From positions 1 to 48,297 of the forward strand of contig JBBTRK010000004.1 in assembly GCA_038065235.1 (NCBI GenBank): a DNA stretch of 48,297 nucleotides. The letters are read 5' to 3'. Every line of letters begins with the position of its first letter. Within the stretch, counting starts at the first letter, position 1. Shown in pieces: positions 17,653 through 27,665 of the stretch. The notes beneath the pieces were generated by a model. It was not told the origin of the DNA. It saw only the letters and a list, made by a program, of their open reading frames with translations, and ran no database searches. Position numbers and translations under genes: made by a program. The stretch comes from Patescibacteria group bacterium. Lineage in GTDB: Bacteria > Patescibacteriota > Patescibacteriia > PEXW01.

Positions 17653-19878
17653 CTACTTCGCCTTGAACGCCAAGCCGTAGTACTGGTCGCGGTCCATGAT
17701 GGCGCTCATACGGTAACCGTCGCCTTCCGGCACGAAGACGCTTGCGGTGCTGCCTTGCCAAGAGGTCTGCCACGCGTCGGGAATGTGGAGAGTGGACGAG
17801 AAACCCGCGCGGGTCCCGGCTTGCATCTGCGTGAGGAGGCTGTAGGTATCGGTCTTAGCCCAGAGCCCCCCGACGTTGAGCGTGAAAGGGAGCGTGTAGG
17901 TGATTGTCGCTTTCGTCACTTCACCAACCCCAGCGCTCAACCAATTCCCAAAGACGGTATGGCCGGCTTCGGTACTTATCCGAGTGCCCGACGTGTCATC
18001 AATTATTGCACCCGCCTCGAGACGGACGACGTCTGGATCTGGTGTCCGATCTGATGACGGCATCTTAAAACGCTTCACGTCTATTGCTTCAAAACCTGTG
18101 GCGTTAACGAACGTGCTCCCCAGCGGGACGTAAGCACGAATATACACAACATTGCGATCGTGAATGAACCGGGCGTTTCGTACTCCATTATGCTTCCGGA
18201 TGATGGTGAGCGTATCGGTGATGGTGCCGTCAGACGCAATGCGCACATCGTGGCTGTCTACTTCTTCAATGACCCCATCGGTCTTGCCGCCGCCAAGGTT
18301 GGCTCGGTTAATGGCGAGAAAATCTTTGCTCGAGTTGCGTAGCTCCCCTGCCCAGCCCAGGTCGCGGGTGAGCTGCTGCTGTGCTGCATCAGAAAAGTAG
18401 AATTGAATATCGCGGCTGATTAGGTGCTCTTGCATGGTACCCAGCAGCTGCCAGAGCTGCTCTTGCGGCAAGGCGAGTGCCCGCGCGAGAATTTTCGGCG
18501 TCAAGTATCCCATTACCAACTTCGGCTTCGAGTAGTCCACCTTCTCTGCATCTTTAATCACTTCCTGAAGTTTCAGGGTGAGGTTCTCGGCCGTGAAGGT
18601 TTCCCCAACTTCTGGCACTTCCACCGGGCCAGTGAGCTTTAGGAAAGATTGGAGCACAGCCGGGGTCATAGCCACCACACCATCTACGGCAGGCGAACCC
18701 GCGCTCTCGTAGAATTGCAAAATTTTCTTCGCGGACGTCGCAAAGTCTGGGAACCAATTCGCATCTTGGATATTCCAATTGGCTTGGATGAGCTGGAGCG
18801 GCTTCGGCGCCACGACGCGCATCGCGGTCTGGCCGCTGATGTCGTACACGCCACCCGAAGGTACCTCGACTTTAGTTATCGCGCCGTTGATAACGTCGAC
18901 AATCGCCAAGCTGCCAAGAAACCCACCTGTCGGCCGAAGCTCGTTGCTATTCTGGAACGTGAAGAGGTAGCGGTGGCTTGTCCCATCGGCTCCCAGAAAA
19001 GTGCTCAAGAATGTACCAAGGTGTTGCAGGCGGTCGAACTGGAACTGCAAGCTCGGGAGCTGACCTTGAATGTCTGCAAACGCCTGCTGATACTCTGCAG
19101 GTAAATCTTTAGCTTTGACCGTCTGAAGCAATATCGCGGCTCGGTCGAGGTCTGTCACTGCCGGCCCCAGCGAAGTGCGGAACTGCTCAACGACCGCGAG
19201 GAGTGGCGTGGTGGTGCTGGGAGTCGTCAGGACTTCGGCGCTCATCGCCAGCTTCGTGGCTGCATCAGTAATTGCTTGACCAGCCTGGAGCAAAGCTTGG
19301 GCGCGCTTAACCTGGCCCGCCCCGGGAATATTCTTCAGGATGCCAGCCACACTGACAAGCTGGGTCTCCGCGGCAACGAAGGCATCATGGGCCGCGCGAA
19401 GTTCATTTTTACTGGTGCCAAACTGCAAACCCTGGGCAGCCGAACCAGCGGCAACAAGCTGCTGCAAAGCCTGAGCCGAAGTGCCGAGGACTTCGCCTTT
19501 CGCTTTCTGCACATTGCCAATAAGCCGCGCGCCGATAACCCCAGCAGTGAGGAGAATAGCAACAAGCGCGAACCGTGCCGCCGGACCGAACGCGTACTGG
19601 AAACCACCCTCGTGCTTTAATGGTGGCAACACCTTTGCGGCAACCTTCACGGGTGACACGGGCGGCTCAGGTGCTTCGGGTTCTGCCTTCTCGGTACGGT
19701 GAAAAAATCCACGAAACTTCTTGGCCACTGCCTGCTCGCTATCCTCTACCAAAGATAAGAAGTCAACGTGACGGGCCTTCTTCTGTTTCGGTTCAACGGC
19801 AGCAGCGCTGCTCGGACGAGCGCGCAGGTCTAAGACATTCGCCTCGGGGATATCGTCGTGTTGGTACTGCTTGTTCAT
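17653..19878 (-). CDS. DUF4012 domain membrane-anchored protein
   Basis: FQNSNELRPTGGFLGS and DANWFPDFATSA motifs; one TM. Confidence 0.9.
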   Translation of the reverse strand: MNKQYQHDDIPEANVLDLRARPSSAAAVEPKQKKARHVDFLSLVEDSEQAVAKKFRGFFHRTEKAEPEAPEPPVSPVKVAAKVLPPLKHEGGFQYAFGPAARFALVAILLTAGVIGARLIGNVQKAKGEVLGTSAQALQQLVAAGSAAQGLQFGTSKNELRAAHDAFVAAETQLVSVAGILKNIPGAGQVKRAQALLQAGQAITDAATKLAMSAEVLTTPSTTTPLLAVVEQFRTSLGPAVTDLDRAAILLQTVKAKDLPAEYQQAFADIQGQLPSLQFQFDRLQHLGTFLSTFLGADGTSHRYLFTFQNSNELRPTGGFLGSLAIVDVINGAITKVEVPSGGVYDISGQTAMRVVAPKPLQLIQANWNIQDANWFPDFATSAKKILQFYESAGSPAVDGVVAMTPAVLQSFLKLTGPVEVPEVGETFTAENLTLKLQEVIKDAEKVDYSKPKLVMGYLTPKILARALALPQEQLWQLLGTMQEHLISRDIQFYFSDAAQQQLTRDLGWAGELRNSSKDFLAINRANLGGGKTDGVIEEVDSHDVRIASDGTITDTLTIIRKHNGVRNARFIHDRNVVYIRAYVPLGSTFVNATGFEAIDVKRFKMPSSDRTPDPDVVRLEAGAIIDDTSGTRISTEAGHTVFGNWLSAGVGEVTKATITYTLPFTLNVGGLWAKTDTYSLLTQMQAGTRAGFSSTLHIPDAWQTSWQGSTASVFVPEGDGYRMSAIMDRDQYYGLAFKAK

Positions 19879-21005
19879 GCGTGGTGGATAGAAACTGTAT
19901 GGTACACCGCAAGGGTTTGTTCAGCGAGCGTACGCCAGGAGTACCGCTGAATCCACTGCTTCCCAACGAGGATCTGCGCTTGCCGGAAGGTGGAATCCTC
20001 TAATCGTTCTAACGCGGCTAGCATACCACGCACGTCTTTGGGGTTGAAGTAGAGTGCAGCAGTGCCGAGTACCTCTGGCATGCAGGCAGCGTTCGAAGAG
20101 AGCACGGGTGTCCCCTGCGCCATTGCCTCCAGCGGGGGCAGGCCGAAACCTTCGTACAAACTCGGAAATATGTACGCGTGGGCCTGGCGGTAGAGCGCGC
20201 CGAGCGTGACGTCATAGACGTACCCGGGAAACAGGACACGACGGGCGAGCCCTGCCGCGGCGACCTGGGTGCGAAAACGTTCAAGGAAGTAATCGGGCTT
20301 GCACACGACCACGAGCACGAGGTCAGCGTACTTCGCTGGCAACGCTTTGAGAAAGGGAATGAACTGCTCAAGATTCTTGTGTGGGTAGGCGTTCCCCACG
20401 TAGAGCAGGTATCGCCCGGCAATGCCAGAACCTTGCACGAGCGCTGCGTCATCTTTTGCGGGCTGTGGGAACGAGTCGACCGCTTCGTAGGTAACGGTAA
20501 TTTTTTTCGGGTCGTAGCCAAAGTACTGCTGGATATCCTGTTTGGTGAAGTTCGAGACAGTTAGAATGTGTGCTGCGCGGGAAACTGCGCGGCTCAGCGT
20601 GATGCGATACGCCAGCTGCTTGACCCAGTAGGTGAGCGGCCCCAACGTCGTCGCGCGGCGGGTGGGGAAGTGCGTGAGGATAAGATCGTGGATGGTGACG
20701 ATGAACGGTGTGGGCGCCAGGAGCGGAACATTAAAGTGCGGGTAGTGCATGAGCTCAATACCAGCAGCCCGCACCAGCTTTGGCATTTGCCGCTGCTCGG
20801 CCAAGCTGTACCAGCGGAAATCCGCCAGCTGCTTGGTGAACCGCGGATTCGCTGGCGTGTAGTGGTCCCAGTTCTCCTGGCGTAGGAACACTACAAACTC
20901 ATCCGACGAATCCAGTTGCTCGAGGTACGAAAGAAGCCGCTCGGTGTAGCGCCCAAGCCCTTTGCCGAGGCTGCCGTAGAATCTGGCGTCAATGCCGATG
21001 CGCAT
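19875..21005 (-). CDS. Glycosyltransferase family 4
   Basis: [29 protein letters not shown]. Confidence 0.95.
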   Translation of the reverse strand: MRIGIDARFYGSLGKGLGRYTERLLSYLEQLDSSDEFVVFLRQENWDHYTPANPRFTKQLADFRWYSLAEQRQMPKLVRAAGIELMHYPHFNVPLLAPTPFIVTIHDLILTHFPTRRATTLGPLTYWVKQLAYRITLSRAVSRAAHILTVSNFTKQDIQQYFGYDPKKITVTYEAVDSFPQPAKDDAALVQGSGIAGRYLLYVGNAYPHKNLEQFIPFLKALPAKYADLVLVVVCKPDYFLERFRTQVAAAGLARRVLFPGYVYDVTLGALYRQAHAYIFPSLYEGFGLPPLEAMAQGTPVLSSNAACMPEVLGTAALYFNPKDVRGMLAALERLEDSTFRQAQILVGKQWIQRYSWRTLAEQTLAVYHTVSIHHA

Positions 21006-22059
21006 AGGTGTAGGCTTCTTGGATAACGGCCGCGGTTTGCCGCGCGCAGGAATCCCAGGTGAAATGTTTCGCCCGTTTTTTCCCTAAAGCAATGTACCAA
21101 CTGCGGAGTGTATGGTCACGAACCATGGCGACCATTGCCCGGGCAATATCCTGCGGATCCCACGGATCGACGAGCAAGGCAGCATCGCCAACGACTTCGG
21201 GAATGCTGGTAACGTGGCTGGCGATAACCGGTACCCCGAGTGCCATAGCTTCCAGCGGCGGAAAGCCGAAGCCTTCATAGACTGATGGATAGATGAATGC
21301 TTGCGCGTTCGCGACTGCTTGCCACCGTTCTCGATCGGTTAGGTACGGAATGGGAATAATCCCGACAGCTGGCTCTCCTGCCCCAGAACCGACGAGCACG
21401 AGCGGTGTGCTATGTTGCGGAAATGCCTGTGTCTGCGCCCATCGAAGATTTGCAATATTCTTCCGCGCTTCCTTCGGCGCAAAGGCAAGAAGGTACTTTG
21501 GCGGAAGTTCGCCCAGTGGAGCGTGCGGGCCAGGTGGTACGTGGTCAGCGCCAGAGTGGATGACCCGAAGTTTCTCTGCAGTGAACGGGAAGAGACGCCG
21601 AGCATCAGCTGCGGTGTGCTGCGAGACCGAAATTATCCGCGTGGCGCGCTCGAGCAGCCAACGGACGTGCAGGCCACGGTGCCACACACGTTGACGCCAA
21701 GTGAAGTACTCGGGATGTTCGATGAACGACAAATCATGCAGAGTAATTACCAATGGCGTGCCTTTTCGCAATCCCAAATACTTTGGTGTCGGCGCAAAAA
21801 AAACATCAGCCGCAATAATTTTATCAAGATGTGGCCAATGCGCGGTGATGAGCGAGGTATTCAGGAGTTTGTTCGGCAAGCGCAAATGCCGAACTGGGAA
21901 ATCAACCCCCAGGTTGGTGGGGGTAACACCAGTGGTTATACCAATGCACTCACTGGGCGCAATACATTTCTCCAACCGGCTAGTGAGCTCCCGGGCATAA
22001 ACGAAAATCCCGCCCGCTTCGCCTTCGGTCATGCAGCGCAGGTCAAGCCCTAAGCGCAT
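20989..22059 (-). CDS. Glycosyltransferase family 4
   Basis: TLHDL, YPSVYEGFGFPPLEAM. Confidence 0.95.
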   Translation of the reverse strand: MRLGLDLRCMTEGEAGGIFVYARELTSRLEKCIAPSECIGITTGVTPTNLGVDFPVRHLRLPNKLLNTSLITAHWPHLDKIIAADVFFAPTPKYLGLRKGTPLVITLHDLSFIEHPEYFTWRQRVWHRGLHVRWLLERATRIISVSQHTAADARRLFPFTAEKLRVIHSGADHVPPGPHAPLGELPPKYLLAFAPKEARKNIANLRWAQTQAFPQHSTPLVLVGSGAGEPAVGIIPIPYLTDRERWQAVANAQAFIYPSVYEGFGFPPLEAMALGVPVIASHVTSIPEVVGDAALLVDPWDPQDIARAMVAMVRDHTLRSWYIALGKKRAKHFTWDSCARQTAAVIQEAYTYAHRH

Positions 22060-22067
22060 AAAAAAAA

Positions 22068-22700
22068 TTACGACGCGTCCGTTGGCTGCGTTTGCCCGCG
22101 GAGTGCACCGAGCAGACCGGTTATGAGGACAGCCAAAAATGCACCAAGGATAAAACCTACGATACCGACGAGTGGCACCTGACGACTTCGCTCCACCGTC
22201 ACCGGCTTGGAACCCAGAACTTCGAAGAGCGCCTTCCGGTCGGCAGACTGATTCAATTGTGAGGCCTTGTACTCTACCGTCTTCACAACCGCAGCGGCTA
22301 GCTTCTGGGCATCAGACGGCGAAGAAGACGTAAAGGTGACGCCCAAGTTCTGCGAAGAGTATTTTTTTATTTTGAAACGCGCCGTAAGGCTAGAAAAATC
22401 GGTAACGTTTGCGGGTACGTCTGCCGCGTCGTACATCTCCACGATGACCGACGGCGTAAGAAACCAACTCACCACGGTCTCAGACAAAAGATCAGAAGCC
22501 TGCAAGGCGTAGTACCCATCGTACTGATATTCCTTCACATCCTGCTTGTTAATACGGTTCACGGTGAAGGCAATAGAGGTTGTATAGGAAACCGGTCGAG
22601 TTGCGGCAAAACTCACTGCCAAAATTGTGGGAATGAGGATAACCGCTAGGATGAGCCAACGGTAGCGCCAGGCAAGGGATAGTGTTTGGAGAAACTGCAT
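22068..22700 (-). CDS. Wzz/CapA-like polysaccharide chain-length/co-polymerase protein
   Basis: N- and C-terminal TM helices around a soluble loop, inside a polysaccharide cluster. Confidence 0.65.
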   Translation of the reverse strand: MQFLQTLSLAWRYRWLILAVILIPTILAVSFAATRPVSYTTSIAFTVNRINKQDVKEYQYDGYYALQASDLLSETVVSWFLTPSVIVEMYDAADVPANVTDFSSLTARFKIKKYSSQNLGVTFTSSSPSDAQKLAAAVVKTVEYKASQLNQSADRKALFEVLGSKPVTVERSRQVPLVGIVGFILGAFLAVLITGLLGALRGQTQPTDAS

Positions 22701-22712
22701 AGGCGGAGTGTA

Positions 22713-23834
22713 CTACGGCGTCTGGAGGGTGTCTACGCGGCCAGTACTGCAGTACTGGGCATAGGCTTTATCGACGAAATCTGCAATACGTTTCTTAAAT
22801 ACGGTACTATCAAATGTTTGCGCATGTTGCCGAATACGTTGCGGGTCAAACTGCTTCGACTTAAGGCGGATAATGGTGTCGGCCAGCGATTCCCACGTCT
22901 GCTCGTCGAAGAACGCCCCAGTCTCCCCTTCAATCACCGTCTCAAGCACGCCACCAGCGCGATAGGCAATAACCGGCCGGCCACACGCCATGGCTTCGAC
23001 GGGCGCAATGCCAAAGTCTTCCACCTGCGGGTTAATGAAGCCGAGCGCTTGGGAAAGAATTTTGGAGCGGTCGACTTTGTAGCCGAGAAACTCAATATTC
23101 GGCTTCGCGAGCTTGCGCAGTGCTGCTTCTTCTTCCCCTACCCCAATAATCTTCAGCGGGATGTTGAGCGCATTGAACGCTTGGATTGCAAGGTCGAACT
23201 TCTTGTACGGTCGCAACCGGCCCATCATGACGTAGTAGTTACCTAAGGTTGGGCTAATGCTGAACTTCGACGTATCCACCGGTGGATAAATAACCGTGGA
23301 TGGTCGGCGGTAGTACTTGTGAATGCGCTGAGCCACAAACTTGGAGTTCGCAATGAAAAGGTCGACGCGGTCGGCAGCTTGCCGATCCCACGTCCGCAAG
23401 TAGTTGAGCGCGAATGGCAGAACTTTCCGAACGAGTCTTGGCACCCGAACTTCATTTGGGTAGGTGTGTGCGTCGCTCCACAGGTAACGCGTGGGCGTGT
23501 GGCAGTAACAAATGTGCAACGTCCCCGGCGGTACGATTATACCTTTTGCAAATGCCGACGAATCCGAGATGACCACATCGTACCCGTTGAAGTTGAAGCT
23601 CTCGATTGCGGCGGGCATAGCCAGCAAGTACCACTTGTAACGCTTCTTCCCGCCGGGCAGCCGTTCGATAATTGAAGTCACGATATTCCAATCCTTGAAC
23701 GTGTCGCCAACCTTCGCTTTGTCATGGACGAGCGTGTGGACTGTGGCATTTGGGTAAAGCTCATGCAACGCCTCGAGCACGCGTTCGGCGCCACCAAGCT
23801 GGTTCAAATATTCATGGACGAGGGCGACGCGCAT
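22713..23834 (-). CDS. Glycosyltransferase family 4
   Basis: MRVALVHEYLNQLGGAERV, CHTPTRY, EDFGIAPVEAM. Confidence 0.95.
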   Translation of the reverse strand: MRVALVHEYLNQLGGAERVLEALHELYPNATVHTLVHDKAKVGDTFKDWNIVTSIIERLPGGKKRYKWYLLAMPAAIESFNFNGYDVVISDSSAFAKGIIVPPGTLHICYCHTPTRYLWSDAHTYPNEVRVPRLVRKVLPFALNYLRTWDRQAADRVDLFIANSKFVAQRIHKYYRRPSTVIYPPVDTSKFSISPTLGNYYVMMGRLRPYKKFDLAIQAFNALNIPLKIIGVGEEEAALRKLAKPNIEFLGYKVDRSKILSQALGFINPQVEDFGIAPVEAMACGRPVIAYRAGGVLETVIEGETGAFFDEQTWESLADTIIRLKSKQFDPQRIRQHAQTFDSTVFKKRIADFVDKAYAQYCSTGRVDTLQTP

Positions 23835-23840
23835 AGTATT

Positions 23841-25229
23841 TTAAACAGCGGCTCGGTGAGAGAAAACAACACGGGGGGTACGGAGCAGAATCATGAGGTC
23901 AGTGGCGAAGGACCAGTTCTCTAAGTACGCAATATCGAGCCGGGCTTCATCATCGAAGCTCAAGCTAGCTCGGCCGCTCACCTGCGCCATGCCGGTCATG
24001 CCGGGCTTTATGGTTAAGAGCTTCCTGTGCCACGGCTGGTAGCGCGCCACTTCTTCGGGTTCGTGCGGCCGCGGACCCACCAAACTCATCTGCCCGGCAA
24101 GAACGTTCCACAACTGTGGCAGTTCGTCAATACTCGTGCGGCGCAGGAACCGGCCAATGCGTGTCACGCGCGGGTCGTGCTCCATCTTGAAGAGCGGTCC
24201 GTCCCCCCGCTCGTTCTTATCCATGAGCGTGGGCTTCAGCGCATGCGCGTTCTGGATCATCGAACGGAACTTCATCAACGTAAACTGCTGCTCGCGCTCC
24301 CCAATGCGTCGCAAACGGGCGAAAATTGACCCCCGAGAATCTATGACTATAAGAATGGCAAAAATCATGAAGAAAGGAAGCAGAATGAGGAGCAAAAATG
24401 TTGAACCGAGTATGTCGAACGTACGCTTCCAAATTCGGCCCCAGCCATCCAGCTTTGTCCGCTTCACTTCCACCACGGGCTGGCCGAACATCGTGCGCAC
24501 CTCTAAGTGGCCAACGTGCGTGGCAAACAAGTCAGCGACATACGCAAAGTCCAGGTGTTGCAGCTCGCTGATGTTTAGCAAGGCGAGTAAATCTGCTTGC
24601 GGCAACGACGCGCTCGCCAGCAGCAATGCGTCAGGATGTTTTTCGGCAATCATTGCCCCAAGTTGCGCCTGCCCATCCGGGTTAAATTCTGGAATTCGCC
24701 CGACCAGCATGTACCCCTCCCGCCGACCTGCGTAGAGGTCAGAAACAATTTGATCCGCAATACTCCCCGAGCCAATGACAATAAGTTTCTGCAAGCCAAT
24801 CCCGCGGCGCTTGAGCATCCCAACCACAGCTCGCACGAGAATGCGAGCAACCGTGATGTAGAGTATTGCCAGCAACCAACCCGCAAGGACGATAAAACGT
24901 GACGAGAAGAGCTCGCGCCGAAAGAAGATCGTGATGATGACTGTCGTCACCGCTGCAGATGAGGCCAGAATAATCCGGCCGACTTCGGCAATTGCCTGAC
25001 GCCGGCGAAACGAGTACAGGCCAGCGATTGCCATACAAAGCACCCACAGCACGGCAATGACTAGGGAAATCACAAAAAAATCCCGTGACGGTAAATCCGC
25101 TATTGCAGGCCGCAAGACAGCAATACTCCCACTGAAGCGCAAGCTGTATGCGGTAAGTGCCGCCAACAACACCATGGCGAAGTCCAGCGGAACCGAGATT
25201 GCAGCGGTGATAATGTCGAGTCGTCGCAT
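23841..25229 (-). CDS. Polyprenyl-phosphate sugar transferase (WcaJ/CpsE family)
   Basis: KRTFD, KFRSM, DPRVTRIGRFLRRTSIDELPQL, MSLVGPRP, KPGMTG; the ORF-track TTG 25280 lies in rnpB, so ATG 25229 is preferred. Confidence 0.93.
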   Translation of the reverse strand: MRRLDIITAAISVPLDFAMVLLAALTAYSLRFSGSIAVLRPAIADLPSRDFFVISLVIAVLWVLCMAIAGLYSFRRRQAIAEVGRIILASSAAVTTVIITIFFRRELFSSRFIVLAGWLLAILYITVARILVRAVVGMLKRRGIGLQKLIVIGSGSIADQIVSDLYAGRREGYMLVGRIPEFNPDGQAQLGAMIAEKHPDALLLASASLPQADLLALLNISELQHLDFAYVADLFATHVGHLEVRTMFGQPVVEVKRTKLDGWGRIWKRTFDILGSTFLLLILLPFFMIFAILIVIDSRGSIFARLRRIGEREQQFTLMKFRSMIQNAHALKPTLMDKNERGDGPLFKMEHDPRVTRIGRFLRRTSIDELPQLWNVLAGQMSLVGPRPHEPEEVARYQPWHRKLLTIKPGMTGMAQVSGRASLSFDDEARLDIAYLENWSFATDLMILLRTPRVVFSHRAAV

Positions 25230-25275
25230 GACGTATTGAGTAAAGTGAACACCACGTCTAATGATGTTCACTAGT

Positions 25276-25883
25276 GCCAACGCTAACTGATAAGCCGAAT
25301 TCTGTGCGCAGCACCCCGAGCGAGGCCTTACGGCCGAGTCGAGGGGTACGCGACGACTATCTCTCTAGGACGTACATTGCTGCACGCCTCTTGCAGCCAA
25401 CCCGCCCTGAACCATTCGCCTTGCGGCTTAGGTACAGGGCCTACTTGGCCTTGCACCGGAGAGGGTTTACCACAGGCTGCATCACTGCAGACCCGCGTGA
25501 GCTCTTACTTCACCCCGCACCCGTAAGCACGAGGTTATCCCCTCACCATTACTGTTGCCAATAGTGGTGCGGGGCTCACGATTTCAACCTTACCTGAACC
25601 TCTTGCGAGGCCATCGGCGGTATATTTTCTGTTGCACTGGCCCTAGGCTTGGTCCATCCAAAAACTCGCGAGGACTCTTTGGATGTCTTACTCCCGGTTG
25701 CCGTTAGCAACTCTCCATGACCTCGTTTCTTAGCTTCGGCTGGTAAACCTACGAAAGTATTTCGAGGGCTTGCCGGCCGAAGCCTTGGCGTAGGTCGGTG
25801 TTCGGACTTTCCTCCCTAACACCCGAGCCTCGCTGTAAAGCGAGAAGCGAGTGGTTTAGGGCAGTCGTCTTGTTAACGTAGGC
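25276..25883 (-). ncRNA. rnpB: RNase P RNA (type A), expanded
   Basis: Minus-strand GGAGGAAAGTCCGAAC, GTGCAACAGAAA, GGTAAACCC..CCGGTGCAAGGCCAA and ACAGAATTCGGCTTAT; P1 helix GCCTACGTTAAC/GTTAGCGTTGGC. Confidence 0.95.
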
Positions 25884-25889
25884 TCACCT

Positions 25890-25918
25890 ACCGTACGAAA
25901 AAAGACTGATTTTGTCAA
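25890..25918 (-). promoter_or_regulatory. rnpB promoter
   Basis: TTGACA-17 bp-TACGGT directly upstream of P1. Confidence 0.7.
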
Positions 25919-25944
25919 CCCAGCACCACTTTTTCTTTTTACCG

Positions 25945-26083
25945 AATTACCACCCCGTCTCGGTCTGATGACCACGACACCCCTCCTCAATCGAGGAGGG
26001 GAGGCATACTTTTCTAGGCTTGACTCCCCTCCTTAACTAAGGAGGGGTGACCACGAGCCCAACGAGTGGGCGGGGTGGTAATT
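25945..26083. repeat. REP/MITE-like element related to the DUF559-flanking hairpins
   Basis: Terminal IR aattaccacccc/ggggtggtaatt with two internal cccctcct..aggagggg hairpins. Confidence 0.8.
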
Positions 26084-26149
26084 GTATGTTATGCCAAACG
26101 CCGTTACGTCCTTAGGTATTGGCAGACTCCTTATTGATTTCCAGAATTC

Positions 26150-26444
26150 TGGTGGGCGGAGAAGGGATCGAACCTTCGAAGGCGCAAGGCCAGCAGATTT
26201 TCCGGCAGAGCCGGATCCGCCCTCTGGCGGAACAGTCCAGCTCATGGAACTCTAGAAGACTGGTGGGCGGAGAAGGGATCGAACCTTCGAAGGCGCAAGG
26301 CCAGCAGATTTACAGTCTGCCCCGTTTGACCACTTCGGTATCCGCCCACCAGTCTTCTAGAAATGAAGTTGCCCCGTTTGTCCGGGGCGCTTCCGATGGG
26401 TCGCGCCCGTTCCGCAAGTGCGGAACCCACTTCGGTATCCGCCC
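26150..26444 (-). pseudogene. Outer tRNA-Tyr copy interrupted by three insertions
   Basis: Pieces 26425-26444, 26370-26380, 26232-26237 and 26150-26200 concatenate to the inner tRNA-Tyr sequence plus 1 nt in the D-loop. Confidence 0.8.
26261..26347 (-). tRNA. tRNA-Tyr (GTA)
   Basis: GGGCGGA acceptor stem, anticodon arm GCAGA-CTGTAAA-TCTGC, long variable arm, GGTTCGATCC, encoded CCA. Confidence 0.97.
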
Positions 26445-26472
26445 AGAGCTTTCGCAGGTTAACAGGTATTAA

Positions 26473-27630
26473 TTATTCTTTCAACTTTACGCGGAAGAAC
26501 TGCCTTTTGCCTTTTTGATAAATGCCTGGCTTCACTTCTTCCCATGGATTCCTTACGACATTCTGCTCATATTTAATCGCACCCTGTTCAATAAGATTCT
26601 TTGATGCAGTCCCACTTACAGTTAAATGTTGACTTAACATACCAGATACGGTTGTACCTTTTGCAATCGTAATGACTTCAACGTCACTGGGAATCTGTTT
26701 TTTTACATGTACGTTATCAAAATGCTCTACCGATTTTTCCGCGGCTTGTACGCCATAGAACTCCTCCACGATTGCAGTTGCGAGCTTTACCTTTGCACCA
26801 CGCGGCTCTTTCGGTTCAAAGAAATCTTTCGAATCAAGATCCGTGAGCAACTCAGCGTAATTCGGCATTGCGCTATCGGGCAGAGACATAATCTTCCCAA
26901 ACATCTCTTCCGGCGTGTCGAGAAGCCGAATGGCGTTCCCGAGCGTCTTACTCATCTTCTCCTTACCGTCTGTCCCCACGAGCAAGCGCATGCTCATCAC
27001 CTGCTGCGGCTTCTGGCCGAAGAACTCTTGCAAGGGCCGCGCCTGCAGTTCATTGAATGTTTGATCTGTCCCAATCACCGTCACATCAGACTTGAGCATA
27101 ACGGAATCGTAGGCTTGGAGTACTGGGTACACGGGCTCGTGCAAGCCAATAGTTTCTCCAGCTTTCATTCGCTTGTCGAACATATCTCTCTCCAGCATTC
27201 GCGCCACAGTGAAGTTACTCATGATCTTGAGTAACTCTTCAGCCTTCATGTTCTCATACCATTCGCTGTTGCGACGAACCTCGAGCTTCTTCTTATCTAA
27301 GATACGACCAACCTGATCAATGTACGACTGTGCTGCTTCCTCCACCTCCGCTTTCGTTCGGAGGTTGCGGGACTTTGCCTTATCCGTAGGGTCGCCAAAA
27401 CGCGCCGTGAAGTCACCGACCAAGAAAATTACTGTGTGTCCCATGTCCTGAAACTGCCGAAGTTTACGATAAATGACTGCATGGCCAAGGTGTAAATCTG
27501 GCTTAGTCGGGTCAACCCCGTGCTTAATCCGGAGCTTCTTCCCGCTCTTCAAGAGTTGTTCTAAGTCCTTCCTTACAATGAGGTCAGCCACGCCCCGAGT
27601 GAGCAAATCTGCAGGATTATTTTTTAGCAT
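26473..27630 (-). CDS. tyrS: Tyrosine--tRNA ligase
   Basis: GVDPTKPDLHLGH, YPVLQAYD, GTDQ, KMSKT, C-terminal S4-like domain. Confidence 0.98.
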   Translation of the reverse strand: MLKNNPADLLTRGVADLIVRKDLEQLLKSGKKLRIKHGVDPTKPDLHLGHAVIYRKLRQFQDMGHTVIFLVGDFTARFGDPTDKAKSRNLRTKAEVEEAAQSYIDQVGRILDKKKLEVRRNSEWYENMKAEELLKIMSNFTVARMLERDMFDKRMKAGETIGLHEPVYPVLQAYDSVMLKSDVTVIGTDQTFNELQARPLQEFFGQKPQQVMSMRLLVGTDGKEKMSKTLGNAIRLLDTPEEMFGKIMSLPDSAMPNYAELLTDLDSKDFFEPKEPRGAKVKLATAIVEEFYGVQAAEKSVEHFDNVHVKKQIPSDVEVITIAKGTTVSGMLSQHLTVSGTASKNLIEQGAIKYEQNVVRNPWEEVKPGIYQKGKRQFFRVKLKE

Positions 27631-27636
27631 GCACTC

Positions 27637-27665
27637 ATTGTACGGGTCAGCGGAAAGCGGGTCAA
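27637..27665 (-). promoter_or_regulatory. tyrS promoter, leaderless configuration
   Basis: TTGACC-17 bp-TACAAT-6 bp-ATG. Confidence 0.7.

Noticed and set aside
25274-25564. 96-aa ORF
   Set aside because: Antisense to rnpB
26150-26200. Prophage/island attR formed by tRNA 3'-end duplication
   Set aside because: The 5' half is also duplicated on the other side and the intervening DNA is only ~60 bp; the nested model fits better
26033-26472. ORFs with a repeated LVGGEGIEPSKAQGQQI peptide
   Set aside because: Translation artefacts of the duplicated tRNA-Tyr sequence
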